The translations under genes and the position numbers were made by a program. Under the pieces are notes generated by a model, which saw only the letters and a list, made by a program, of their open reading frames with translations, ran no database searches and was not told the origin of the DNA. Positions 37,376 to 46,441 of a stretch of DNA of 64,000 nucleotides are shown here, in pieces (the stretch's first letter is position 1; every line of letters starts with the position of its first letter). Source of the DNA: an uncultured Acidobacteriota bacterium (lineage in GTDB: Bacteria; Acidobacteriota; Thermoanaerobaculia; Multivoradales; JAHEKO01); assembly GCA_963713825.1 (NCBI GenBank), contig CAVQNG010000005.1, forward strand, positions 227,503-291,502, given 5' to 3'.

Positions 37376-38273
37376 CGTGGGACAGGTTGAGAAGCTTGGC
37401 GTTGTTGGAGCAGGAACGATGGGGCACGGAATCGCCCAGGTGGCGGCACAGGCCGGATTCGAAGTCACCCTGGTAGACGCCGTGAGCGAGGCTCTCGTGA
37501 CCGGAGTCGGTCGCGTCGAGAAGTCGTTGGGCAAGCTCGTCAACAAAGGAAAGCTGGAAGAGGAGGACCGTCAGTCGGCACTTGCCAGGATTACGACCAG
37601 CACCGATCTGGGAGAGCTCGCCGATGCGGCGCTGGTGGTCGAGGCGGTGGTGGAGAAGCTGGAGGTCAAGTGCGAGATCCTGTCCGAATTGGATCGGATC
37701 TGCACCCCGGAGACCATTCTGGCCTCCAATACCAGCTCGATCTCCATCACCCGACTTGCGGCGGCGACATCTCGTCCCGGCAAAGTGATCGGCATGCACT
37801 TCATGAACCCGGTTCCCTTGATGAAGCTGGTGGAGATCATTCGGGGCCTGGCAACCGAGCCGGAAGTGTTGGCGCGGGTCGAGGAGCTCACCCGCCAGCT
37901 CGGCAAGACCCCTGTCGAGGTGCACGATGCGCCGGGCTTCGTGTCGAATCGTGTTCTCATGCCAATGATCAACGAGGCCATCTTCTGCCTTTATGAAGGA
38001 GTCGGAACGGTTCCGGCCATCGATGAGGTCATGAAGCTGGGAATGAACCATCCCATGGGCCCCCTGGCATTGGCCGATCTCATCGGGCTGGATGTCTGTC
38101 TCGACATTCTCCGCGTGCTGTACGATGGCTTCGTGGATCCGAAGTACCGACCATGCCCATTGCTGGTGAAGATGGTGGATGCCGGCTACCTGGGTCGCAA
38201 GACGGGCAGCGGCTTCTACACCTATGGTGAGGGTGAAGCCAGAGCCTTCGACCCTGCTCGAGGTTATCGATAG
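37376..38273 (+). CDS. hbd: 3-hydroxybutyryl-CoA / 3-hydroxyacyl-CoA dehydrogenase
   Basis: Rossmann motif KLGVVGAGTMGHGIAQV followed by the 3HCDH N- and C-terminal domains. GTG start at 37376; the ORF opens at 37299. Confidence 0.9.
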
Positions 38274-40127
38274 ATGTTCTGTCAGGTCTGTGGGGCAGAG
38301 AACTCGGACGAGTTGGAGTACTGCTCCCGCTGTGATCAGAAGTTGTTGGTGCTGTCGGGTGTTCCTTCGCCCCCGGTCGAGGGCGATACCTTCGAGGAGG
38401 CTCCCGAAGAGGGTTTCTCGCTCGACGAGCACCTGCTGGAACGCATCTCCATCCTCGAGGAGGCGGTCAAACGGACGGCCGATACGGTGCGTCAGCTGCT
38501 GACTACCCTCCACAAGCAGGAGCGCAGCATTCTGATCAACCAGTCGGGGTTGGCAACGCTGCGTGAGATTCTGGAGGATCGGCGACTCATCGCGCGCGAG
38601 GAGTGGAGCGAGCTCTGGCAGTCGAAGGTGGACTATCAGATGCTGGCCCTGGAGAAGAGGGAGCGCTTTGTGGGACTTCGGGACCGGATCTCGGCCCTAC
38701 ACAAGGGCAATCGTCGGACCCTCTTCAACAAGCTCCTCGAAGATGCGGAGTACGCCCTGTACGGCTTCGACATCGAGGCCGCGCTGCAGGCTCTCGAGGC
38801 GGCTCACCGACTCGATCGCGACAACTACGAGCTCAACTACTTTCTGGGCGAAACCTACTTCAACGAGGGGCAGGCCAGTGTCGCCCTGTCCTACTTCAGA
38901 CGCGTTTTGGAGGTCAAGCCCGACCACTACGAGGGCCTGGTTTACAGTGGCGTCATCCATCATGAGCAGGGTGACAGCGAGAGGGCGATCGAGCAGCTAC
39001 AGCGGGCTGTGGCCCTGTTTCCCGATTCCTTCCTACCGCACTTCAGTCTGGGCGCCGTCTATGCGGGACAGGGTAACTTGTCCAAGGCGGTGGTCCTGCT
39101 CGAGAAGGCCGTCGAGATCGATCCCGTGCCCCAGGCTCTGTTTCTTCTCGGCAGCTCGCTGTATGAGATGGGGAAGGTCACCGCGGCGATCGGCTATCTA
39201 CAGCAGGTCGTCCGGCACGATCCGGCCTACGAAGAGGCCTATCACCTCCTGGGACTGGCCTATTTGGATCGGCACTGGAACCGCAAGGCCCTCGAGGCCT
39301 TTCGCCAGGCACAGCGCCTCAACCCCACGAAGATGCGCTACCAGGATCTCGTGCGGTACCTGTCGGGCCAGGCTGACCGGCCCTTGCCGGAGATCTCGGC
39401 CGAGGCCCAGACCTGGATTCGGGAGGCCGAAGAGGAGATCGTCGAGGGACATTCCGGTCGCGCGGTCTCGCTGTACAGGCGAGCGATCGACAGCGATCCC
39501 GACAATCCGACCCTGCTGATGTCGTATGCCCTGCTCTGCCTGCAACTCGAGCGGGCCCAGGAGACCGAGAAGGTGACGCGGCGGATCCTGGACCTCGAGC
39601 CCGGCGAGATGCTCAAGGCGACAGCCTGCGCGACGCTCATCGAGGCTCTGCGCAGCGAAGGCCGCTACAGGGAAGGCAACCGCATAGGCCAACGTCTTCT
39701 CGACGAGGGCACCTCCGACTTTTCGCGCACCATCGCCTACTACGAGATGGCCTACAACATGGCCGAGATGGAGGAGGACCTGGACAAGGCGCTGGAGTTC
39801 GCCCAGCGCTCTCTGGAGCTGGCACCAGAAGAGCTGCGGCAGTTCCCCTTGGCCGCGCTGGGCTGGGTCCACTACAAGAGGAAGGAGTTCGATCAGGCGA
39901 TCGACTTTCTCGACCGCTCGAGCCGTCTGGAAACGTCGGTCACCACCCTGACCCATTTGGGAATGGCGTTGCTGGCCTCGGGAGCCGAGGAGAGAGCCCG
40001 TACCGTCCTGGCTGAAGCCAGGAGTCTGGAGGGGGCTGAGACATCGGTCGAGCAGAAGATGATGGAGTGTCTGAAGACCAGCAATCGTCTTTTGGACAGA
40101 GTGCAGCAGGGTCGAGCCAAGAAGTAG
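38274..40127 (+). CDS. zinc-ribbon plus TPR repeat protein
   Basis: N-terminal CxxC...CxxC ribbon (MFCQVCGAENSDELEYCSRCDQ), a coiled coil, and at least 8 TPRs. The ATG immediately follows the hbd stop codon. Confidence 0.75.
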   Translation: MFCQVCGAENSDELEYCSRCDQKLLVLSGVPSPPVEGDTFEEAPEEGFSLDEHLLERISILEEAVKRTADTVRQLLTTLHKQERSILINQSGLATLREILEDRRLIAREEWSELWQSKVDYQMLALEKRERFVGLRDRISALHKGNRRTLFNKLLEDAEYALYGFDIEAALQALEAAHRLDRDNYELNYFLGETYFNEGQASVALSYFRRVLEVKPDHYEGLVYSGVIHHEQGDSERAIEQLQRAVALFPDSFLPHFSLGAVYAGQGNLSKAVVLLEKAVEIDPVPQALFLLGSSLYEMGKVTAAIGYLQQVVRHDPAYEEAYHLLGLAYLDRHWNRKALEAFRQAQRLNPTKMRYQDLVRYLSGQADRPLPEISAEAQTWIREAEEEIVEGHSGRAVSLYRRAIDSDPDNPTLLMSYALLCLQLERAQETEKVTRRILDLEPGEMLKATACATLIEALRSEGRYREGNRIGQRLLDEGTSDFSRTIAYYEMAYNMAEMEEDLDKALEFAQRSLELAPEELRQFPLAALGWVHYKRKEFDQAIDFLDRSSRLETSVTTLTHLGMALLASGAEERARTVLAEARSLEGAETSVEQKMMECLKTSNRLLDRVQQGRAKK

Positions 40128-40159
40128 TCCCCACGCCTGAAAGAAAGAGAGAGTCGTCG

Positions 40160-41869
40160 ATGCGCTGGAGCAAGTTCTATCTGTTTACCACCAGAGAGGT
40201 GCCGAACGACGCCGAAGTCGTCAGTCACCAGCTCATGGTGCGAGCCGGGATGATCCGCAAGGCGGCTGCAGGCATCTACACCTATCTGCCGCTCGGATGG
40301 CGGAGCATCCGCAAGATGATGGACATCGTGCGCCGCGAAATGGACGCGGCCGGCGCCGTGGAGCTGCTGATGCCGGCAGTCCACCCGGCCGAGCTCTGGA
40401 AGGAGACGGAGCGTTGGGACGTTTTCGGCGATCTGCTCTTGAAGATGAAGGACCGCAATCAGCGCGACTTCTGTTTGGGTCCGACGCATGAGGAAGTGGT
40501 GACCGATGCGGTGCGCCACGATGTGAAGAGCTATCGGCAGTTGCCCTTCAACCTCTACCAGATTCAGGACAAGTTTCGTGACGAGATTCGCCCGCGGTTC
40601 GGCCTCATGCGAGCCCGGGAGTTCTTCATGAAGGACGCCTACTCCTTCCATGCCGGCGCCGACAGCCTGGACGAAACCTACGAGGCGATGCGGCAGGCCT
40701 ACTGCAAGGTGTTCGAGGACTGCAAACTGGAGTACTCCATGGTCGAGGCCCTGAGCGGCGCCATCGGCGGCTCGGCGTCGCACGAGTTCATGGTGCTTGC
40801 CGACACCGGCGAGGACGCGGTGGTCAGCTGCGCGAGCTGCGGATACGCCGCCAACGTGGAGAAGGCCGAAGCGCGCCCGTTGACTTCAGACTCCTCTGGC
40901 GGGGACCCCGAAGATCTGCTGGAGGTTTCGACCCCGGCAGCAACGACCATTGCCGACGTGACGGGGCTCCTGGAGGTCGGAGCCGAGCGCTTGGTGAAGA
41001 CCCTGGTTTATGAAACGGAGGAGGGCCCTGTCCTGGCTCTTGTCCGGGGGGACCGGGACCTCAACGAGGCGAAGCTGGCGAGCTTCCTGGGTGCCCAACA
41101 CCTGAAGATGGCTGGTGACGAGCTCGTCGAGAGAGTCACCGGTGCGCCGGTCGGTTTCGCCGGGCCGGTCGGTCTGCCGCCAGCGGTTCGAATCGTCGCC
41201 GACGAGTCGATCCGGGAATCCACCAATTTCGTCGTTGGAGCCAACAAAGCCGATGCCCACTTCACCGGCGTCAACTGGGGTCGCGATGTCGATCTGAGCG
41301 AATGGACCGATCTGTTGCTGGTCACCGGAGGCGACGGCTGCCCACGGTGCGATGGCACCCTCGAGTTGCACCGCGGAATCGAGGTCGGTCACATTTTCAA
41401 GCTGGGTACGAAGTACTCGGAAGCCATGCACTGCACCTATCTGGACGACCAGGGGGCCTCGCATCCCATGACCATGGGGTGCTATGGGCTCGGTATCGGC
41501 CGCACCGTGGCGGCGGCCATCGAGCAGAATCACGACGAGAACGGCATCATCTGGCCGCTGCCGTTGGCACCGTTCGAAGTCCTGGTGATGGGTCTGAGCT
41601 CGAGGGACGAGCAGGTGGTGGAGACGGCCGACCGTCTCTACGGTCAGCTCGACGAGCAGGGCATCGAGGTGCTCTACGATGACCGCGACGAGCGACCGGG
41701 AGTCAAGTTCAAGGACGCCGACCTCATCGGCATTCCGGTGCGCTTGGTTGTCGGCGCCAAGAGCCTGGCCGAGGGGCAGGTGGAGCTTTCCCGGCGCCGC
41801 GACGGCGAGAAGATCCTCGTCCCGGTCGAGAACGCGATCGAGAAGATCAAAGAGCTGCTGGCTGGCTAG
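40160..41869 (+). CDS. proS: proline--tRNA ligase
   Basis: MRWSKFYLFTTREVPNDAEVVSHQLMVRAGMIRK... carries class II aaRS motifs, an anticodon-binding domain and an editing insertion. The ORF opens at 40067; ATG 40160 matches the ProS N-terminus. Confidence 0.95.
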   Translation: MRWSKFYLFTTREVPNDAEVVSHQLMVRAGMIRKAAAGIYTYLPLGWRSIRKMMDIVRREMDAAGAVELLMPAVHPAELWKETERWDVFGDLLLKMKDRNQRDFCLGPTHEEVVTDAVRHDVKSYRQLPFNLYQIQDKFRDEIRPRFGLMRAREFFMKDAYSFHAGADSLDETYEAMRQAYCKVFEDCKLEYSMVEALSGAIGGSASHEFMVLADTGEDAVVSCASCGYAANVEKAEARPLTSDSSGGDPEDLLEVSTPAATTIADVTGLLEVGAERLVKTLVYETEEGPVLALVRGDRDLNEAKLASFLGAQHLKMAGDELVERVTGAPVGFAGPVGLPPAVRIVADESIRESTNFVVGANKADAHFTGVNWGRDVDLSEWTDLLLVTGGDGCPRCDGTLELHRGIEVGHIFKLGTKYSEAMHCTYLDDQGASHPMTMGCYGLGIGRTVAAAIEQNHDENGIIWPLPLAPFEVLVMGLSSRDEQVVETADRLYGQLDEQGIEVLYDDRDERPGVKFKDADLIGIPVRLVVGAKSLAEGQVELSRRRDGEKILVPVENAIEKIKELLAG

Positions 41870-44460
41870 CTGTCGGCCAACTGGCTCAGTCGTTGGCGAA
41901 CGAGGTTGGCTCGTGGGTCGCCTGGGGCGGCGCTCAGAAAAGCGCTCAAATGGTCCTTCGCCGCGTCGGGGCGATCGAGTGGTCCCGCATACAGATCCGC
42001 CAGCTCCAGATGGAGGTCGTGCTGCTCAGGGGCGATGCGCAGGGCCTCTTCCAGGTAGTCGGCCGCCTGCTGCCAGTCCTGCTGCCTTCCCGCCGAGATG
42101 CCCAGGTTCACCATGGCTTGCCAGAGGCCGGGATCGACCTGCAGGGCCTTCTCATAGTGCTGGCGAGCCTCGGCGACGCGACCCTGCTGCTCGACGATCA
42201 GCCCCAAATCGCTCCAGGTGTTCGCCTGTAGAGGGTCGATCTCGACAACCTGCCGCAGCCGTTCTTCCGCCCCAGCTAGATCCTGCCGCTGAATTTGGAT
42301 GGCCGCCAGCAGGGACAAGGCAGCCGTATTTCGAGGCTCGGTCATGAGTAGACCATCGAGCTCGGCCTGCGCTTCGTCGAGGCGGCCGGCCTGCAAGTGA
42401 CCTGCGGCCTGCTGAACTGCCGGGCTTGGCGCTGCGGCCGTGGGTGGCGCTGCACCGCTCTTTTGCGACCGTGCGAAGTCGAGGGCGGCTTGGAGGTCTG
42501 GCCTGGGGTCCTCGGACAGGCTCAGCGCGCGGCTCAGGTGGGCCTCCGCAGCGTCGGCGTCGCGAAGTCGTATTGCTAGAAGACCGAGCCTGGAATGAAG
42601 CTCGAGGTCGTTCGGCCAGCGTTCGAGGGCCGCCCGTAGGGTGTTGGCGGCGGCCTGGAATTCCTCTGAGGTCTCCTCGGCCTCGGCGAGGAAAAGGTGG
42701 CCCTCGAGGATTGTCGGATCTTGGTCGAGGGCTCCCTGCAGGCGGTGGATGGCGCTCTCAGTCTCCGCGTCCACCATCTCTGCGAGTCGGGCGTAGTAGA
42801 TGTTGATCCAGGGCTCGGCGGGCGATTGTTGTAGCGCTTCCTCAACCACCGCCCGGGCTCGATCGAGATCTCCGAGCTGCAGCAGTAGGATGGTCCGCTC
42901 CATCCATGCCTTCGTCAAGTCGGGATCGATCTCCAGTGCCTTCTCGGTCAGCTCGAGTGCCTCGGTCCTGTTGCCTTGCTGGTGCTCGATCGTCGCGTAG
43001 AGCAGGAGAATCGAGGCCGGATTGGCATCCAGAGCCAGGAGCCTCTGGATCACCGGCTCGATTTCCTCGTATCGACCGGCGTCGGCCAGGGCCTGCGGCA
43101 GCTCACGAAGAGCGGTCAGATTATCCGGGTCGAGGCGTAGAACTCGCTCTAGCTCGGCAACGGTTTCGGCCGCAGAGTGGGGCCCCCGATCGAAGAAGTC
43201 GAGCAGATCGTTGTGCAGGCCAATCATCTCGCTTGGATCGGGACGCTGGAGGTTCTCGAGTGCCCTGGGCTGGGTGGCCGCCATGTAGCCGAGGCTGCGC
43301 AGTGCCTCAGCGGTCTCGGTATCGAGCTCGATCTGCTGTTCACTCTCGACGATGAAGTTGGCTAGCTCCGCTGCCAGGGCAGCCACCATGTCAGGCTCCC
43401 GCGCGGCCAGATTGATGGCTTCTCCTGGGTCCTTTTCGAGGTTGTAGAGCTCGGGAGTTGTCGTTTGGATGAGCTTCCACGGCCAGCGCAGCAGGCTGTG
43501 CAGTCGGGCCCAGCCATAGGCGCTATAGCCCTGATAGCTCTCCGCATAGAGGGGGTCCGTCGATACCTCGCCTGCCGCAGTCAACTTGGGTCGAAGACTG
43601 CGTCCCGTGGCCTGCGGTCGTGGATCGACCCCCAGGAAGTCGAGGAGAGTCGGGAGAATGTCGATCTGGCTGACGGGCGTCTCGTCTCGAAGTCCTTGCG
43701 GCCCTCCGGGGACAGTCAGGATCCAGGGAATCAGCAAGGTCGAATCGTAGACCAGGATGCCATGTGTCCCCTCACCGTGCTCGTCCAGGCTCTCTCCATG
43801 GTCGCCGACGACGGCGATGACCACGTTGCCGCCAAGGCGCGGATGCTCCAGGAGTCGTCCGATCTGCGCGTCGACATAGGCCACCTCGCCGTCGTAGGGC
43901 CGGGGTCCGTAGCGCTCGGCGAACGGAGACGGAGGTGAGTAGGGGGCATGGGGGTCGAAGAGGTGCACCCAGGCGAAGAACCTCTCGTCGGCCCCGAGCC
44001 CGTCGAACCATTCTCTTGTCGATTCGACGACTACTGCGGCCGGTCGATCCGAGATGCCCCAGCGGGAGGTCGCGTTGGACCCACCGCCGATCTGATCGTC
44101 ATAAGCCTCGAAGCCCTGGGCCAAGCCGTAGGAGCTGCCAAGGACGGCCGCGCCAACGAAGGCTGCAGTCCTGAAGCCCTCGCCTCCGAGGATCTCGGCC
44201 ATGGTCTCGAAGTCTGCCTCGAGTCGGTTGATGCCGTTGTTTCGCACCCCGTGCTGCGGAGGGTAGAGGCCCGTCAGGATCGAAGCATGAGAGGGCAGGG
44301 TGATGGGGGCGACGGCATAGGCGCGATCGAAGACGATGCCGCTCGCCGCCAGACGGGCCAGGGTCGGAGTCTCTACGTCGATGGCACCGTAAGGCTCCAG
44401 CCGGTCGGGTCGAAGGGTGTCGATCGTGACCAGGAGCAGGGACAGCTCGCCAGACTCCAA
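41866..44460 (-). CDS. sulfatase-like (alkaline phosphatase superfamily) plus TPR fusion protein, paralog 2; the N-terminal signal peptide is out of frame
   Basis: 864 aa: LLLVTIDTLRPDRL, PITLPSHASILTG...HGVRNN, VVGDHGESL, then about 400 aa of TPR. The lipoprotein signal peptide (MFSAATQRSMWRQLVALMALTTLYFGSSC, ATG at 44590) lies in another frame, in ORF 44099-44734. This implies a frameshift near 44455-44475, so the functional gene probably spans 41866-44590. Confidence 0.75.
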   Translation of the reverse strand: MESGELSLLLVTIDTLRPDRLEPYGAIDVETPTLARLAASGIVFDRAYAVAPITLPSHASILTGLYPPQHGVRNNGINRLEADFETMAEILGGEGFRTAAFVGAAVLGSSYGLAQGFEAYDDQIGGGSNATSRWGISDRPAAVVVESTREWFDGLGADERFFAWVHLFDPHAPYSPPSPFAERYGPRPYDGEVAYVDAQIGRLLEHPRLGGNVVIAVVGDHGESLDEHGEGTHGILVYDSTLLIPWILTVPGGPQGLRDETPVSQIDILPTLLDFLGVDPRPQATGRSLRPKLTAAGEVSTDPLYAESYQGYSAYGWARLHSLLRWPWKLIQTTTPELYNLEKDPGEAINLAAREPDMVAALAAELANFIVESEQQIELDTETAEALRSLGYMAATQPRALENLQRPDPSEMIGLHNDLLDFFDRGPHSAAETVAELERVLRLDPDNLTALRELPQALADAGRYEEIEPVIQRLLALDANPASILLLYATIEHQQGNRTEALELTEKALEIDPDLTKAWMERTILLLQLGDLDRARAVVEEALQQSPAEPWINIYYARLAEMVDAETESAIHRLQGALDQDPTILEGHLFLAEAEETSEEFQAAANTLRAALERWPNDLELHSRLGLLAIRLRDADAAEAHLSRALSLSEDPRPDLQAALDFARSQKSGAAPPTAAAPSPAVQQAAGHLQAGRLDEAQAELDGLLMTEPRNTAALSLLAAIQIQRQDLAGAEERLRQVVEIDPLQANTWSDLGLIVEQQGRVAEARQHYEKALQVDPGLWQAMVNLGISAGRQQDWQQAADYLEEALRIAPEQHDLHLELADLYAGPLDRPDAAKDHLSAFLSAAPGDPRANLVRQRLSQLADS

Positions 44461-44707
44461 GATCGGCAGCCGAGCTGGAGCCTTCCGACTCCGGTTGTCG
44501 ACTGCAGCTGGAGCCGAAGTAGAGCGTTGTCAGGGCCATGAGAGCCACCAGTTGGCGCCACATTGACCGCTGTGTTGCCGCGGAGAACATGCTGGGATCG
44601 TAGTGCAGAAAGAAACCTCGGTCCAGCCGCTGGCGCTTGATCGCTGCGAACCGATCCCGTACTCTCCAGCCGAGGCATCCGTTACTGAGTGATCCTGGAA
44701 AGAACCG

Positions 44708-46441
44708 ATGGCAAGCACGGCAAGTGAGAGGCATGGGCGATATCTCGTGCTGACTCTCGTGGCTGCGATGATCTCGACGCTTCCCGTGGTTGCGGGGCAG
44801 CCCCGTTTTGCCGAAGTGTCAGCCGAGATCGGGCTCGACTTCGTCCACTTCAACGGCATGTCGGGTGAGCTCTACTTCGTGGAGATGATGGGCCAGGGAC
44901 TGGCGATCCTGGACTACGACAACGATGGCGACCTCGATGTCTACTTCCTGCAGGGTCACATGCTCGGTGAAGGCAAGTCGGTGGAAGACGCCACCATACC
45001 GCCCAAATACCCGCAGCCCTTCACGGATCGGCTCTATCGGAATGACCTGACAAGGGGAGTGGATGGAGAGTTGCAGGCCCATTTTGTCGACGTCACGGAG
45101 CAGATCGGTCTGGCGGCCCATGGCTACGGCATCGGTGTCGCCAGCGGTGACTACGACAACGATGGCTGGACGGACCTCTACCTCAACAACTGGGGGTCCA
45201 ACCAGATGCTGAGAAACACCGGCGACGGGACGTTTGGCGACGCGACCGAGGAGACAGGAACCGATGATCCTCGTTACAGCGCTTCGTCGACGTTCCTCGA
45301 CTTCGATCGAGACGGGTGGTTGGACCTGTTCGTCGCCAACTATGTCGATTGGACCCTGGCGAGACGCAAGGCCTGCACGGGCATGGGTGGGGCGCGGGAT
45401 TACTGCGCTCCATGGGCCTTCGAGCCGGTGCCGGACAGCCTCTTTCGCAATCGGGGCAACGGTCGTTTCGAAACTGCGACCCGTTCAGCGGGAGTGAGCA
45501 GCGAGTACGGCGCCGGTCTCGGCGTGGTGAGCGCCGACTTCAACGACGACGGCTGGCCGGACATCTACGTCGCCAACGATGCGTCCCCCAACCAGCTATG
45601 GATGAACCAGCGCGACGGAACCTTCATCAACGATGGGCTGCTGGCCGGCTGCGCTGTCAATGACATGGGAATGCCCGAAGGCAGCATGGGTGTCGTGGCC
45701 GGCGACATCAACGGCGATGGCAGCTACGATCTGTTCATGTCGCACATTGTCGAGGAGACGAATACCCTCTATCTCAACGACGGCAGCGGCATGTTCAGCG
45801 AGACCACACGCGACAGTGGGTTGGCGTTGCCGAGCTTCAAGTACACAGGCTTCGGAACCGCTCTTTTCGACTTCGACAACGATGGCTGGCTCGACTTGTT
45901 CATTGCCAACGGTGCCGTGCATGAGATCGAGCACCTGGCGCGGGCAGGGGACATCTTTCCGATTCACCAGCCCGATACGCTCTATCACGGCCTCGGGAAG
46001 GGTCGCTTCGCCGAGGTGACCCAGGAGGCCGGAGCTTTCGTGTTCTCGGAAGTGGGGCGCGGAGTGGTCTTCGGCGACCTGGAGAATGATGGCGATTCCG
46101 ACCTCCTGGTCGCCAACAATGGCGGTCGCGCTCGAGTGTTTCGCAACGAGGCGGGCAACAGCGTCAATTGGATGGGTCTGCGCTTCGTCAGTCCATCGCA
46201 TCACCAGCCGCCGGGTGTGAAGGTCGAGGCCGTGCGCTCCGACGGATTCGAGATTTGGCGTCGCAATGGCACCGATGGCAGCTATGCTTCGGCGGGTGAG
46301 CCTCGGGTGCTGCTCGGCCTCGATGCGGCGAACGGACCCGTGCGGCTGCGAGTCCGCTGGCCAGGGGGGCGGGTCCAAGAGTTCCCTGGCTTGCCGCCGA
46401 ACCACTACATCACGATCATGGACAAAGGAGATCACAAGTGA
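44708..46441 (+). CDS. CRTAC1-family protein (FG-GAP/VCBS beta-propeller plus ASPIC/UnbV domain), paralog 1
   Basis: Signal peptide. At least 7 FG-GAP-like repeats (DYDNDGDLDVYF, GDYDNDGWTDLYLNNWG, DFDRDGWLDLFVANY, ...) and a C-terminal ASPIC/UnbV domain (NWMGLRFVS...RVRWPGGRVQEF). Confidence 0.85.
   Translation: MASTASERHGRYLVLTLVAAMISTLPVVAGQPRFAEVSAEIGLDFVHFNGMSGELYFVEMMGQGLAILDYDNDGDLDVYFLQGHMLGEGKSVEDATIPPKYPQPFTDRLYRNDLTRGVDGELQAHFVDVTEQIGLAAHGYGIGVASGDYDNDGWTDLYLNNWGSNQMLRNTGDGTFGDATEETGTDDPRYSASSTFLDFDRDGWLDLFVANYVDWTLARRKACTGMGGARDYCAPWAFEPVPDSLFRNRGNGRFETATRSAGVSSEYGAGLGVVSADFNDDGWPDIYVANDASPNQLWMNQRDGTFINDGLLAGCAVNDMGMPEGSMGVVAGDINGDGSYDLFMSHIVEETNTLYLNDGSGMFSETTRDSGLALPSFKYTGFGTALFDFDNDGWLDLFIANGAVHEIEHLARAGDIFPIHQPDTLYHGLGKGRFAEVTQEAGAFVFSEVGRGVVFGDLENDGDSDLLVANNGGRARVFRNEAGNSVNWMGLRFVSPSHHQPPGVKVEAVRSDGFEIWRRNGTDGSYASAGEPRVLLGLDAANGPVRLRVRWPGGRVQEFPGLPPNHYITIMDKGDHK

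Noticed and set aside
38563-39956. Alternate-frame or antisense ORFs of 250-320 aa inside the zinc-ribbon/TPR gene
   Set aside because: Their composition is R/S/P-rich and not protein-like. The TPR frame is continuous and has a repeat structure.
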